Shown: positions 7,548 to 17,652 of the stretch, in pieces
Layout of the letters: each line of letters starts with the position of its first letter
Position numbering within the stretch: position 1 is the first letter of the stretch
Source: a virus
Taxonomy: Duplodnaviria > Caudoviricetes
Virus record (IMG/VR): IMGVR_UViG_3300037467_001904
Location: 11,367 to 75,366 of that record
Length of the DNA stretch: 64,000 nucleotides
Reading direction: 5' to 3' (one strand)
Notes under the pieces: model-generated
What the model was told of the DNA's origin: nothing
What the model saw: the letters and a program-made list of their open reading frames with translations, nothing else
The model's database searches: none
Program-made: the position numbers and the translations under genes

Positions 7548-9090
7548 GGCCGAACGCGGCGGCTGGATCAAAGAGCGTCAGCGCTGCGCAAACGATATCT
7601 TCTATTGGTTCGATACCTGGGTTCACACCTACGATCCGCGCCTAATCGGCAAACCGGGCGGCGCCTATGTGCAGCTGAAGCTTTGGCCGAAACAGCGCGA
7701 AGTCGTCCAGTGGATGCTGGATCGGATGGCCGTGCCTGAGGAAGGCCTGATCGAAAAGAGCCGCGACACCGGCGCCACCTACATCACGGCCGGCGTGGCG
7801 CTGCATCATTGGCTGTTCGTCGATGGCTTCAAGGCCACGTTCGGCTCCCGCAAGGTCGATTACGTCGACAAGAAGGACAACCCCGACAGCATCTTCGAGA
7901 AGATCCGCATCATGTTGCGGAGAATGCCGCCGCAGCTGCTGCCGGAGGGCTTCCTGTGGTCGCAGCACGACAACTATATGCGCCTGGTCAATCCGGCGAC
8001 AGGGGCGACGATCTCCGGTGAAGGCGGCGACGATATGGGCCGCGGCGGCCGATCCTCGCTGTATGTCCTCGACGAGGCGGCATTCGTTCCCAATGCTGAT
8101 GCGGTTGAGGCCGCGCTGTCGGGTAACACCGATTGCGTGATGTGGGTGTCGTCAGTGAACGGCATGGGCAATCTGTTCGCCCGCAAGCGTCATTCGATCC
8201 TTGGTCAGCACCAGGTCGCCCGCCTGCATTGGCGTGACGATCCTCGCAAATCCGAGGCCTGGGCAGAGAAGAAGAAAGCCAGCTTCTCCGATCCGACCAA
8301 GTGGGCGAGCGAGTACGATATCGACTATTCCGCCTCGGTCGAAGGCATCTGCATCCCGGCCCTTTGGGTCGAGAGCTGCAAGTTGCTGGCGAACCTTGAG
8401 CCCGCGTTGCAGCCGTCGAATCGCGGCGTCCTCGGTCTCGACGTCGGCGCCGGCAAGGCGAAATCGGTGCTGGTGCCGCGTTTCGGGCCTGTCGTGGAGA
8501 AACCTCGATCCAGAGGCGACCCGGACACCACCGACACCGCCCACTGGGGCTTGGATGCCGCTCTGGAACTGGGCTGCGCCCTGCTGAACTTCGACGCGCC
8601 TGGTGTTGGTGCCGGCGTCTCGTCGACGCTCATGAAGAACCCCAAGCCGGGGCTCAAGGTCGTCGCCGTGAATACCGGAAATCCGCCGGATGAACGTCGG
8701 CGCTGGCCAGATGGCCGCACGTCAGGCGAGATCTTCGGCAACCAGAAGGCCGAAATCTGGTGGCTTTGCCGCACCGCATGCCAGCGCACGCATGAACATG
8801 TCTTGTTCCTTCAGGGCAAGGAGGGTGGGAAGCAACACCCACTGAACGAGCTGCTGGCGTTGCCGAGTGGCGACAAGGAAAGCGACGAGCTCTGTCTGCA
8901 GCTCTCCCTGGTCAAATGGGAGAAGAACGAGAGGGGCAAAATCGTCATCGAACAAAAGGCGGCGCTGAGGCGACGCGGCATCGCGAGCCCGGACCATGCG
9001 GACGGCCTGATGCTGACATTCGTCGAGCCGGCGAGGCGGCAACTCTCGATCAGCGATGCAGCGCTGGCGAGATCGGCCGCGCAGAGGTGA
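7459..9090 (+). CDS. terL: Terminase large subunit (start uncertain: ATG 7459 or GTG 7495)
   Basis: ATPase motifs EKSRDTGATY and YVLDEAAF; nuclease motifs VLGLDVGAG and SPDHADGLML. Confidence 0.9.
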   Translation: MMISTASRISSFVLPTLAEVRAEKEKRRVEAERGGWIKERQRCANDIFYWFDTWVHTYDPRLIGKPGGAYVQLKLWPKQREVVQWMLDRMAVPEEGLIEKSRDTGATYITAGVALHHWLFVDGFKATFGSRKVDYVDKKDNPDSIFEKIRIMLRRMPPQLLPEGFLWSQHDNYMRLVNPATGATISGEGGDDMGRGGRSSLYVLDEAAFVPNADAVEAALSGNTDCVMWVSSVNGMGNLFARKRHSILGQHQVARLHWRDDPRKSEAWAEKKKASFSDPTKWASEYDIDYSASVEGICIPALWVESCKLLANLEPALQPSNRGVLGLDVGAGKAKSVLVPRFGPVVEKPRSRGDPDTTDTAHWGLDAALELGCALLNFDAPGVGAGVSSTLMKNPKPGLKVVAVNTGNPPDERRRWPDGRTSGEIFGNQKAEIWWLCRTACQRTHEHVLFLQGKEGGKQHPLNELLALPSGDKESDELCLQLSLVKWEKNERGKIVIEQKAALRRRGIASPDHADGLMLTFVEPARRQLSISDAALARSAAQR

Positions 9091-9109
9091 AACAGGAACA
9101 GGCAGCGAA

Positions 9110-10687
9110 ATGGCCAAGTCGAAGAGCAAGAAGAAGGGCAAGGCCAAGGCCGGCCCGGCATCAAAGGCCAAGCTCTCGATTTCGCCGATCGCAGTCGCCC
9201 AGTCTCGGATCGTGCCTGCCCAGGTCGAGCCCTTCGCCCCTGCAATCCATCCTCCGATGGCTTCCGGGTCAACCGATGGCCGTAAGATCGCCATGGATAG
9301 CTCCATGTCGGCCATCTCAGCCTGGGCGGCCGGCATCTATGCCGTGGCTGGACAGCAGGCGACGGCGTTCATGGGTTATCCCGTGCTCGCCGAACTCGCG
9401 CAGCGCCCGGAATACCGCATGATGTCGGAAACCATCGCGTCAGAGATGACGCGGCGCTGGATCCGCTTCACGGCCAAGGACGGCGAGGACAAGGCCGAAC
9501 GCATTGCCGAGCTCGAGGCCGAGTTCAAGCGGCTCAATGTCCGCGCCAAGTTCCAGAAATCGGCGGAGAAGGACGGCCAGTTCGGCCGGGCCCACCTCTT
9601 CGTCGACACCGGGCACACCGACAATCCCGACGAGCTCAGGACAGACATCGGCTCGGGCTGGGATGGCGCGAGCAAGGCGAAGATCCGGAAGGGCTCGATC
9701 AAGGAGCTGAAGGTCATAGAGCCTGTCTGGACCTATCCCATGGGCTACAACGCCACAAACCCGCTGAAGGAAGGCTGGTACGACCCGAAGGCCTGGAACG
9801 TCATGGGCCAGGAGGTCAACAAGAGCCGGATGATCACCTTCATCGGTCGAGAAGTCCCGGACCTGCTCAAGCCGGCCTATAGCTTCGGCGGCGTCTCGCT
9901 GACGCAGCTCGCCTATCCCTATGTCGAGAACTGGCTGAAGACTCGCCACGGCGTCAACGAAATCATCATTGCGTTCACGCAGTTCGTGCTGAAGACGCAG
10001 ATGGATGGGGTTCTGGAAGGCGGCGCCGCAGAAGATTTCTTCAAACGGATCGAGCTCTTCAACAACACCAGGTCGAATCGCAGCCTTCTGACGATCGACA
10101 AGGACAGCGAGGAGTTTTCGAACGTCACGGCTTCGCTCGCCGGCCTGGAAGGGCTGCAGATGCAGGCCCAGGAGCATATGGCTTCTGTCAGCCATATCCC
10201 GGTGGTGAAGCTGCTCGGCATCCAGCCGGCCGGCATGAACGCATCGTCGGAAGGTGAGTTGCGGTCGTTCTACGACTACATCCACAGCTTCCAGGACAAG
10301 CTATTCCGGGAGCCGCTTCACGCTCTGCTCGGCATGATCATGCTGTCGCTCTGGGGCGAGACCGACGACGGGATCGACTTCGAATTCGAGCCACTCTGGT
10401 CGCTCGATGAGAAGGGCCAGGCCGAGGTCGAGAAGACCAAGGCCGAAACGGATCAGACCCTCGTCGATATTGGCGCGCTGTCGCCACAAGAGGTGCGCGA
10501 GCGCGTCGCCCGGGATCCGCAGTCCGACTATTCGTCGATCGATGTCGACGACATGCCGGACCTCCTCGACGAAGAGGAATCGGGCCTGATGCCCCGCGGC
10601 GGTCATCCGATCGAGGGGCTTGGCGAAGGGGAAGAAAAGGCGGATAAAGCCCTGGACGCCCTCTTCGACAAGGCCAAGGCCGCTTGA
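9110..10687 (+). CDS. Portal protein (DUF1073-like)
   Basis: Follows terL; LAQRPEYR...EMTRRWI, PDLLKPAYSFGGVSL, IPVVKLLGIQPAGMNASSEGELRSFYD, FEFEPLW. Confidence 0.85.
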   Translation: MAKSKSKKKGKAKAGPASKAKLSISPIAVAQSRIVPAQVEPFAPAIHPPMASGSTDGRKIAMDSSMSAISAWAAGIYAVAGQQATAFMGYPVLAELAQRPEYRMMSETIASEMTRRWIRFTAKDGEDKAERIAELEAEFKRLNVRAKFQKSAEKDGQFGRAHLFVDTGHTDNPDELRTDIGSGWDGASKAKIRKGSIKELKVIEPVWTYPMGYNATNPLKEGWYDPKAWNVMGQEVNKSRMITFIGREVPDLLKPAYSFGGVSLTQLAYPYVENWLKTRHGVNEIIIAFTQFVLKTQMDGVLEGGAAEDFFKRIELFNNTRSNRSLLTIDKDSEEFSNVTASLAGLEGLQMQAQEHMASVSHIPVVKLLGIQPAGMNASSEGELRSFYDYIHSFQDKLFREPLHALLGMIMLSLWGETDDGIDFEFEPLWSLDEKGQAEVEKTKAETDQTLVDIGALSPQEVRERVARDPQSDYSSIDVDDMPDLLDEEESGLMPRGGHPIEGLGEGEEKADKALDALFDKAKAA

Positions 10688-10813
10688 TCACCCTCAATCT
10701 GCTCGAAATGCTCGCAGCGTCGGAACCCGCCATGGAGGATGATGCAGAGCGCATCGCCTTCAAGGACATCCCGGGCCCGCCGATCCCAGGCCTGAAACCT
10801 CCGGAGACCGATC

Positions 10814-11641
10814 TTGCCTCAGAGCAATCGACGGCGCCGGACGCCTCTGGAGCGCGCCGAAAAGGTGCTAAGGCCCGTCCACGCCAACGTCGGAATCCAG
10901 ACTGATTATCAGCGGCGGCTCGATCGGCTCATAGCCGAGATGCATCAGAGCGTGATGTTCTGGCTCAAGGCGGCCTATCGCGCCAACCAGCCGCGGATGG
11001 CTGCCGACGAGACCCCAGCCGAGGCGCTACGCCGTGCTATGCGAGAGATGGCGGCGCGCTGGCTCAAGCGCTTCGACGAGGCATCTCTGAAGCTGGCGAA
11101 ATGGTTCGGCCAGTCTGTTGAGAAGCGGTCCAGCGCGGCCTTGAAGAAGATCCTCAAGGATGGCGGCTTTGCGATCGAGTTCCAGATGACGCCGGCGATG
11201 CGGGATATCTTGGACGCGACCGTGAACGCCAACGTCTCACTGATCAAATCGATCCCCCAGCAGTACCTGACCCAGGTCGAGGGAGCGGTAATGCGCAGCG
11301 TCCAGGTTGGTGGCGATCTCGGCACCCTGTCGAAGGAGCTACAGGCGCGATACGGCGTGACCCGAAAGCGGGCTGCGCTGATTTCGAGAGACCAAAACGC
11401 CAAGGCGACAGCGGCGATGACGCGGGCTCGGCAGCTTGAGAGCGGCCTGACGGAAGCGATCTGGATGCATTCCCATGGCGGGAAACATCCCAGACCGAGC
11501 CATGTTAAGGCCGGCCGGGAGAAGACCAGGTTCCCGATCGCTGAGGGCTGGTTCGATCCGGACGAAGGTCGCAAGATCATGCCCGGAGAGCTCATAAATT
11601 GCGGCTGTACCAGCAAGCCGGTCCTGAAGGGCGTCGCGTAG
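10814..11641 (+). CDS. Head morphogenesis protein (Mu gpF / SPP1 gp7-like)
   Basis: RAALISRDQNAKA...AIWMHSHGGKHPRPSH...PGELINCGC. Confidence 0.85.
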   Translation: MPQSNRRRRTPLERAEKVLRPVHANVGIQTDYQRRLDRLIAEMHQSVMFWLKAAYRANQPRMAADETPAEALRRAMREMAARWLKRFDEASLKLAKWFGQSVEKRSSAALKKILKDGGFAIEFQMTPAMRDILDATVNANVSLIKSIPQQYLTQVEGAVMRSVQVGGDLGTLSKELQARYGVTRKRAALISRDQNAKATAAMTRARQLESGLTEAIWMHSHGGKHPRPSHVKAGREKTRFPIAEGWFDPDEGRKIMPGELINCGCTSKPVLKGVA

Positions 11642-11647
11642 GCGCTC

Positions 11648-11830
11648 TTATCCGTTGCCTTTGTAGCTCGCCGCTTCCTGCCAGCGTTTGGCCGCTGCTG
11701 CCGCACTGGTGCTTTGCACCTGCAGGGTGCTCCCCATATAGTCGCCTGTGGCGATCCACACGGTCTTGGACTTCGAAAAGACGGAAATTTCGTAGGGCTT
11801 GCCCCAAACGACGACGCGCTGAACTGCCAT
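11648..11830 (-). CDS. Small moron gene inserted in the head operon
   Basis: 60-aa ORF on the opposite strand filling the gap between the gpF-like and DUF2213-like genes. Confidence 0.55.
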   Translation of the reverse strand: MAVQRVVVWGKPYEISVFSKSKTVWIATGDYMGSTLQVQSTSAAAAAKRWQEAASYKGNG

Positions 11831-11912
11831 TTTGCGGACCTTTCCGTTGATGTGCGCTGCCACCGCCGAAATCTAGCACCATTGACCTCCAAGACTATGG
11901 TAGCCGCAATTT

Positions 11913-11938
11913 AGCCGCCTCCGGGCGGCTTTTCTTTT
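11913..11938 (+). terminator. Rho-independent terminator-like hairpin
   Basis: agccgcc-tccg-ggcggct followed by tttctttt. Confidence 0.6.
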
Positions 11939-11947
11939 GAGGATCGC

Positions 11948-13276
11948 ATGTCCGACGAGAATTTGGCCCTCGATCGCGAAACCGTGCGCTCGATCGACGC
12001 CGACGGCCACCTCCATGTCGAGCGGACGCCGATCAGCAAGGCGGTGGTGAACCCGTACTGGGGGAGGGAGATCCCGGATGCCGAGCGCCTCGGCCTCGAT
12101 CCCGATCGGATCTATCGGCTCTATCGCCACCCCGAAGAACTGGCGCGTGCTGCCGCAAGCTTCGAGGGCAAGCCCCTCCTGATCCAGCACAAGCCCGTCA
12201 ACGCCGACGAGCACCCGTCAGAGCTCACCGTTGGGGCCATCGGCTCGCCCGTGAACTTCGATGCGCCGTACCTCACCGCACCGCTGACGGTGTGGGATGG
12301 CGGCGCGATCGACCTGATCCAGTCGAAGAAGCAGCGCGAACTGAGCTGCGGCTATCGATATCGCTTCGATCCAACTCCCGGAACGACGCCCGAGGGGGAA
12401 CCCTATGACGGCGTGATGAGAGACATCGGGGGCAATCATCTCGCCCTCGTTGAGCAGGGTCGCGCTGGCCCGGACGTGCTGGTGCACGACAGCGCACTCG
12501 AACCATCCCCTGAACCCAAGGAAACGAAACAGATGCCTCAGGCTACTGTGCTGACGCGCAAAGGGGCCGTGGCCCAGAGCGCGCTCATGGTCTACCTGCG
12601 CCCGAAACTGGCCCAGGATGCCAAGATTGATCTGAAGCCGATCCTCGCCGGCGTCACGTCGAAGAACTTTGCCGACAAGCGCGGCGCGATCATCGAGGGC
12701 GTCAAGAAGGCGACGGCCGGCAAGCTCGCCGCCGATGCCAAGCTCGACGACATGAATATCGCGCTCGACATCGCCCAGGACGACATGGATCCCCGCGGCG
12801 AAGACGAAGACCCCGACGAGGACGAGGGCGAAGGCAAGAAGCCGGCCAAGGACAAAGGCGCCAAGGACAAGGAAGCCTGCGACAAGGACGACGATGCCAA
12901 GGACGAAGACGACGACGATGACAAGGAGGAGAAGGTCAGCAAGTCCGCCATGGACGCTGCAATCCGCTCCGCCACCACCGATGCCGTCGCCCGCGTCCGC
13001 CAGCAGGCTCGTGATCTGCGGATCGCTGAGCAGGAAGTTCGTCCCGTTGTCGGCGAGATCGCCGTGGCCTGCGACAGCGCCGAAGAGGTCTATCGTCATG
13101 CACTCAACGTGCTGAAGGTCGACATCACCGACGTGCCGGCCGCTGCATATCGCGCCCTCTTCAAGGCGATCCCGGCTCAGCGGCCGGCGAGCGCCGCTTC
13201 CGCCCTTCCCGCAATGGATGCCGCTGCCGAGGACGCTTTCTCCAAGCGTTTCCCGAACGCCGGCCGCCTGAAATAA
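11948..13276 (+). CDS. Prohead protease/scaffold (DUF2213-like)
   Basis: DGHLHVERTPISKAVVNPYWGREIP, RELSCGYRY, GNHLALVEQGRAGPDV; acidic scaffold-like C-terminal half. Confidence 0.85.
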   Translation: MSDENLALDRETVRSIDADGHLHVERTPISKAVVNPYWGREIPDAERLGLDPDRIYRLYRHPEELARAAASFEGKPLLIQHKPVNADEHPSELTVGAIGSPVNFDAPYLTAPLTVWDGGAIDLIQSKKQRELSCGYRYRFDPTPGTTPEGEPYDGVMRDIGGNHLALVEQGRAGPDVLVHDSALEPSPEPKETKQMPQATVLTRKGAVAQSALMVYLRPKLAQDAKIDLKPILAGVTSKNFADKRGAIIEGVKKATAGKLAADAKLDDMNIALDIAQDDMDPRGEDEDPDEDEGEGKKPAKDKGAKDKEACDKDDDAKDEDDDDDKEEKVSKSAMDAAIRSATTDAVARVRQQARDLRIAEQEVRPVVGEIAVACDSAEEVYRHALNVLKVDITDVPAAAYRALFKAIPAQRPASAASALPAMDAAAEDAFSKRFPNAGRLK

Positions 13277-13289
13277 GGAACCTGACTCG

Positions 13290-13778
13290 ATGTTTCAGAC
13301 GCAGGTCAACATCACCCAGGCGCCCGCCGTCGCCGGCCAGTTCGCCTCGGTCAATCCGCGCCATGCCGCGCTCACCGTTGAAGGCGGCTTCGTTGCCGGC
13401 GCCAGCGGCGTCACCGTCGGGCTCTTCGCTTGGGCGGATGCCACCGGCCGGATCCTGGCGAACACCGGCACCGGTCTGCCGGCCGGCTTCGTCGCCCGCA
13501 CCGAGCAGGCGCTCATCACCACCTATCTGACGGAGTACGGGAACACGATCCCGGCCGGCTTTGCGGTCGGTGACGTCTTCAGCGGTGGCGACTTCTGGGT
13601 GAAGAACGCTGGCGCCGGTGCCGTCACTGTCGGCCAGAAGGCGTTCGCCAGGCTCGCCGACGGCACGATCTCCTTCGCAGCCGCTGGCGCAACCGTCGCC
13701 GGCAGTATCGAGACCAAGTTCTTCGCGGCCACCGCCGGTGCCGCCGGCGAACTGGTCAAGATGACCGACACGATCTAA
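13290..13778 (+). CDS. Capsid cement/decoration protein
   Basis: FQTQVN...AVAGQFASVNP...GGDFW; lies between the scaffold and major capsid genes. Confidence 0.7.
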   Translation: MFQTQVNITQAPAVAGQFASVNPRHAALTVEGGFVAGASGVTVGLFAWADATGRILANTGTGLPAGFVARTEQALITTYLTEYGNTIPAGFAVGDVFSGGDFWVKNAGAGAVTVGQKAFARLADGTISFAAAGATVAGSIETKFFAATAGAAGELVKMTDTI

Positions 13779-13798
13779 CCCCACAGGGCAAATCGAAC

Positions 13799-14842
13799 AT
13801 GAGAAACGCAGAATTTGCCCGCCTGGAGCGGGAATGGGGCATTGTCCTCATGGCGCAGGACTGGCTGCCTGATGCCTACAAGCGCGACTTTCAGCTCGCG
13901 CTCGACGCCCAGCCGACGCTCGCCGCAGGGCCCGGCTCCAGTGGCGTCCCGGCTCTCTTCACGACCTTCGTCGATCCGGAAGTGATCCGCGTGCTCCAGG
14001 CCCCCAACAAGGGCGCCTCGATCCTCGGTGAGCGCAAGGAAGGCGACTGGACTTCGCAGACTGCGATGTTCCTCGTGGTCGAGAACACCGGCGAGGTCTC
14101 CAGCTATGGCGACCAGAACACCAACGGCCTGTCCGACGCCAACGCCACCTTCCCGCAGCGCCAGCCCTATCTTTTCCAGACGATCGTGCAGTACGGCGAT
14201 CTGGAAGAGGCGCGCATGGCCACGGCCAAGCTGAACTGGGTCTCCGAGAAGCAGGTTTCGGCCGCCAAGACGCTCGATAAGTTCCTCGACTACACCTATC
14301 ACAACGGTGTGTCGGGCCTGCAGAACTATGGCCTGCTGAACGACCCGGCGCTCTCGGCTCCCCTGACCCCGGCCACCAAGGCTGCCGGCGGCACGTCCTG
14401 GGTTACCGGCGCCGGCGTCATCAACGCTACGGCGAACGAGGTCTACGCCGATATCCAGGCCCTGTTCTACAAGCTGGTGGCCCAGAGCAACGGCATCATC
14501 ACCGCCGAAGACGAGCTCACCCTCGTCCTGCCGCCCACCTCCGCAGTGGGCCTCACCGCCACCAACTCCTTCGGCATCACCGTCGGTGACATGCTGAAGA
14601 AGAACTTCCCGAACCTGAAGACCAAGACCTCGCCACGCTATGCGACCGGTACCGGCAACCTGGCTCAGCTCATTGCCGATCGGCTCGACGGCAACGACGT
14701 CGGCTTCTGCGCCTTCAACGAGAAGCTTCGCGATCACGGCATCGTCCGTGAGCTGTCTTCCTGGAAACAGAAGAAGACCAGCGGCACCTGGGGCGCGGTC
14801 ATCCGCTACCCGCTCGCAATCTCGCAGATGCTGGGGATCTGA
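13799..14842 (+). CDS. Major capsid protein (DUF2184-like)
   Basis: 347 aa; KEGDWT...GEVSSYGD, GLQNYGLLNDP, TWGAVIRYPLAI. Confidence 0.85.
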   Translation: MRNAEFARLEREWGIVLMAQDWLPDAYKRDFQLALDAQPTLAAGPGSSGVPALFTTFVDPEVIRVLQAPNKGASILGERKEGDWTSQTAMFLVVENTGEVSSYGDQNTNGLSDANATFPQRQPYLFQTIVQYGDLEEARMATAKLNWVSEKQVSAAKTLDKFLDYTYHNGVSGLQNYGLLNDPALSAPLTPATKAAGGTSWVTGAGVINATANEVYADIQALFYKLVAQSNGIITAEDELTLVLPPTSAVGLTATNSFGITVGDMLKKNFPNLKTKTSPRYATGTGNLAQLIADRLDGNDVGFCAFNEKLRDHGIVRELSSWKQKKTSGTWGAVIRYPLAISQMLGI

Positions 14843-14844
14843 CC

Positions 14845-15273
14845 ATGGCAGGAACCGTTACCGTCGCATGCCGGCTGCCTCACGGCCTGGTGCTTCAGCT
14901 CCAGAAGGAAGGCATCGATACCATCCCCGTGATGGGAGGCGGGACGCAGGAGGTGAAGGTTTGGCGCAAGGTCGGCCAGATCGTCACCCTCAAAGGCTGG
15001 TCCCATCCGTCCGAGGTTGCGTCCGAAAACCGCATCGTGAACGGCTTCGCACTTACCATGGGTGTCGACGCAGAGTTCATGGAGGCCTGGATGGCCCAGA
15101 ACGCCGACCATCCGGCGGTCAAGACCGGCAACATCCTGGTCTTCACCAAGGGCGGCGACGCCACCAGCGAAACCAGGGGCAGGGTCAAGGAGCGTACCGG
15201 CTTCGAGCCGCACAATCCCAAGGATCCGATCCCTGAGTTCAAGCGTACCGTGCAGACGGCCGACGCGGCCTGA
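14845..15273 (+). CDS. Virion-associated hypothetical protein
   Basis: TVTVACRLPHGLVL...GFALTMGVDAEFMEAW; directly after the capsid gene. Confidence 0.6.
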   Translation: MAGTVTVACRLPHGLVLQLQKEGIDTIPVMGGGTQEVKVWRKVGQIVTLKGWSHPSEVASENRIVNGFALTMGVDAEFMEAWMAQNADHPAVKTGNILVFTKGGDATSETRGRVKERTGFEPHNPKDPIPEFKRTVQTADAA

Positions 15274-15287
15274 CATCCGAGGCGGAT

Positions 15288-15707
15288 ATGAGCGACCCGG
15301 TCCCTTTCGTCTATCAGGACTGGGCCGCTGCCTATCCTGAGTTCTCCAACGTCACCGAACCGCAGGTCACGCTGCGGATCCTGCCGCTGGCGCAGCAGTA
15401 TATCGCCGGCTTCATCGGCCGCGTCAGCGATCCCCAGGCCCAGACGAACTTCCTCTGGTTGATGGTGGCGCATCTTTGCCAACTCAGCTTCGGCACCGCT
15501 GCCAGCCCGGCAACGGGTCTCGTCGGCCGCGTCGCGAGCGCAACCGAGGGCAGCGTTTCGGTCCAACTCGACTTCCAGGCCACACAAGCCCAGGCCTGGT
15601 ACGTCCAGACCACCTATGGCGCCCTGTTCTGGCAGCTGGCGCGTCCCTATTGGCTTGGCGGGTTCAGCTATCCGGCGCCGCCGCCAATGCCTTTCCCCTA
15701 TCGCTGA
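15288..15707 (+). CDS. Head-tail adaptor (DUF4054-like)
   Basis: AAAYPEF...LMVAHL...GRVASATEGSVSV...QTTYGALFWQ. Confidence 0.8.
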   Translation: MSDPVPFVYQDWAAAYPEFSNVTEPQVTLRILPLAQQYIAGFIGRVSDPQAQTNFLWLMVAHLCQLSFGTAASPATGLVGRVASATEGSVSVQLDFQATQAQAWYVQTTYGALFWQLARPYWLGGFSYPAPPPMPFPYR

Positions 15708-15722
15708 ACAGGATGCCATTTC

Positions 15723-16043
15723 ATGGATCTCGATATCATCCTTCGACAGGTGCCCGCCCTCGTCCTCGCAAACCAGCAGATGGGCGCTCAGATCGCCGAA
15801 TTGCTGGTGTTCAAGGCCGATGCCGAACGGCGCCTGGCTGCGCTGGAACCTCATTCGGAGGAAGCGCATTCCGAGGCAGTTGAGCCGGCGAGGAACGAAC
15901 AGGAGCCGGCCTCCGAAGTTCCTCCGAACCATGAAGCCGCTGGCGAGGCTCAGGACGGCCACGAAGACCCCGCCGCTCCTACCCCAGCGGGTGAGGCGGC
16001 CGAGGCCAGCCCTGAAGCGCCGCAGGCTGCCGAGCAGCCCTGA
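15723..16043 (+). CDS. Hypothetical protein with an acidic Pro/Ala-rich tail
   Basis: ORF fills the gap; its TGA overlaps the ATG of the next gene. Confidence 0.5.
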   Translation: MDLDIILRQVPALVLANQQMGAQIAELLVFKADAERRLAALEPHSEEAHSEAVEPARNEQEPASEVPPNHEAAGEAQDGHEDPAAPTPAGEAAEASPEAPQAAEQP

Positions 16044-16489
16044 TGGCGACGCTGAAGGGCGGCGACAAGCTGGAAGCCGCCCTGGCGAAGATCGCCAAGA
16101 ACTTGACGAAGGCGGCGGCGGTCGATGTCGGCTTCCTGGAAGATGCGACCTATCCCGATGGAACCTCCGTCGCGATGGTGGCGGCAATCCAGGAGTTCGG
16201 AGCGCCGAAGGCCAATATCCCACCCAGGCCGTTCTTCCGCGGGATGATCCAGGACAAGAGCCCGGAATGGCCCGTCCTGATCGCCAAGGAGCTCAAGGCC
16301 ACCGACTACGACGCCAAGGTCACCTTGGCCAGAATCGGCGACTACATGGTGGGCGAGCTCCAGGAAGCGATCAACGATTTCAGCGGCGCGCCCCTCTCGC
16401 CCAAGACCGTGAAGAAGAAGGGCAGCTCGAAACAGCTCGTCGACACGAAAGTGATGCTGCGCAGCGCCAACCGTCGGGTGAAGACATGA
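16043..16489 (+). CDS. Neck/tail-completion protein (HK97 gp10-like)
   Basis: VAAIQEFGAPKANIPPRPFFR...PLSPKTVKKKGSSKQLVDT. Confidence 0.75.
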   Translation: MATLKGGDKLEAALAKIAKNLTKAAAVDVGFLEDATYPDGTSVAMVAAIQEFGAPKANIPPRPFFRGMIQDKSPEWPVLIAKELKATDYDAKVTLARIGDYMVGELQEAINDFSGAPLSPKTVKKKGSSKQLVDTKVMLRSANRRVKT

Positions 16490-16860
16490 ACTTGCACGGC
16501 ATCGTCGCCCCCGCGATCAGCATCGTGAACCCCATGGTGCCGCTGTCGATCCGGATCTCGACGGGCTCGACGACGGCAGCGGATGGCAAGCGGACGCCCA
16601 CCTACGCCACGCCGATCACGGTTTTGGGGCAGATCCAGGCGCTCCAATACAACGACATCATGCAGCTCGACGGGCTGAACATCGAAGGCATGCGCCGGAA
16701 GATCTACATCGCCGGCAAGGTCGACGGCCTGGTCCGTGCTGATCAAAAGGGCGGGGACCTGATCACGACGCCCGACGGCAAGGTCTGGCTTGTCGCGCTT
16801 GTCCTCGAATATTGGCCCGATTGGGTGTCCTGCGCCGTGACGCTGCAGAAGAACGCTTGA
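16486..16860 (+). CDS. Head-closure/adaptor protein
   Basis: ATGA coupling; MNLHGIVAPAISIVNP...GGDLITTPDGKVWLVALVLEYWPDW. Confidence 0.7.
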   Translation: MNLHGIVAPAISIVNPMVPLSIRISTGSTTAADGKRTPTYATPITVLGQIQALQYNDIMQLDGLNIEGMRRKIYIAGKVDGLVRADQKGGDLITTPDGKVWLVALVLEYWPDWVSCAVTLQKNA

Positions 16861-16873
16861 GGGAGCATCACCT

Positions 16874-17599
16874 ATGGGTTTCGCCCCCTCGGTCACGCAG
16901 TCGCAGATGATGGCTGCGTTTCGGTCGTTCCTGCTCGCAATTCTGCCGGCCAACACCGAAGTGATCGCTGGCCAGGACAACCGCGTGTCAGAGCCCGAAG
17001 GCGAGGACTTTGTCGTGATGACGCCGATCCTGCGAAACAGGCTCTCGACGAACATCCACACCCCGCATGACGTCAGCTTCGTCGGATCGATCGCCGGCGC
17101 GACTCTCACCGTCACCGAAATGACCCTCGGCACGATCGAGGTTGGCCAATCCCTTTTCGGCACCGACGTCTCTCCAGGCACCACGATCACTGCCCTTGGC
17201 ACGGGTACAGGCGGTATCGGCACCTATTCGATCTCCCAGGCCCAGACAGTCGCATCGAACGTGCTGGCGAGCGGCTCGGAAGAGATCATGCAGCCGACGC
17301 AGGTGACGATTCAGCTCGACGTGCACGGGCCGAATAGCGGCGACAATTCCCAGACGATCGCAACGGTGTTTCGGGATCCCGTTGGCGTTGCCTTGTTTGA
17401 AGCCAGCGGCCTCGACGTCGCTCCACTGTATTCCGACGACCCGAAGCAGATGCCTTTCGTGAACGCCGAGCAGGCCTATGAGGACCGCTGGGTGATCACC
17501 GCGCTCCTGCAGGTCAATGCCTCGCTGAGTGTGCCGCAGCAGTTCGCCGAGGGCGTCAGCGTCAGCACCCACAACGTCCAGGCCGATTTACCGCTCTGA
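16874..17599 (+). CDS. Tail terminator-like protein with an inserted ~60-aa beta-rich module
   Basis: Position before the sheath gene; module FVGSIAG...GTGGIGTY...QTV at ~17078-17255. Confidence 0.65.
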   Translation: MGFAPSVTQSQMMAAFRSFLLAILPANTEVIAGQDNRVSEPEGEDFVVMTPILRNRLSTNIHTPHDVSFVGSIAGATLTVTEMTLGTIEVGQSLFGTDVSPGTTITALGTGTGGIGTYSISQAQTVASNVLASGSEEIMQPTQVTIQLDVHGPNSGDNSQTIATVFRDPVGVALFEASGLDVAPLYSDDPKQMPFVNAEQAYEDRWVITALLQVNASLSVPQQFAEGVSVSTHNVQADLPL

Positions 17600-17652
17600 G
17601 CGGCTCGCCTCCTCTCTGAAACCACCACCGTCCAACCCTCGAGGATCACACC

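Noticed and set aside
9110-10687. Anti-CBASS (Acb1-like) activity in the DUF1073-like gene
   Set aside because: Position and motifs fit a portal; I see no paired HxT/S phosphoesterase motifs.
7459-10687. Intein or intron in the terminase or portal
   Set aside because: Lengths are ordinary and no splicing or homing-endonuclease motifs are seen.
12218-13099. Long minus-strand ORF
   Set aside because: Antisense shadow of the protease/scaffold gene, expected in high-GC DNA.
14895-16223. 442-aa minus-strand ORF
   Set aside because: Spans four well-supported plus-strand virion genes and has no motif.
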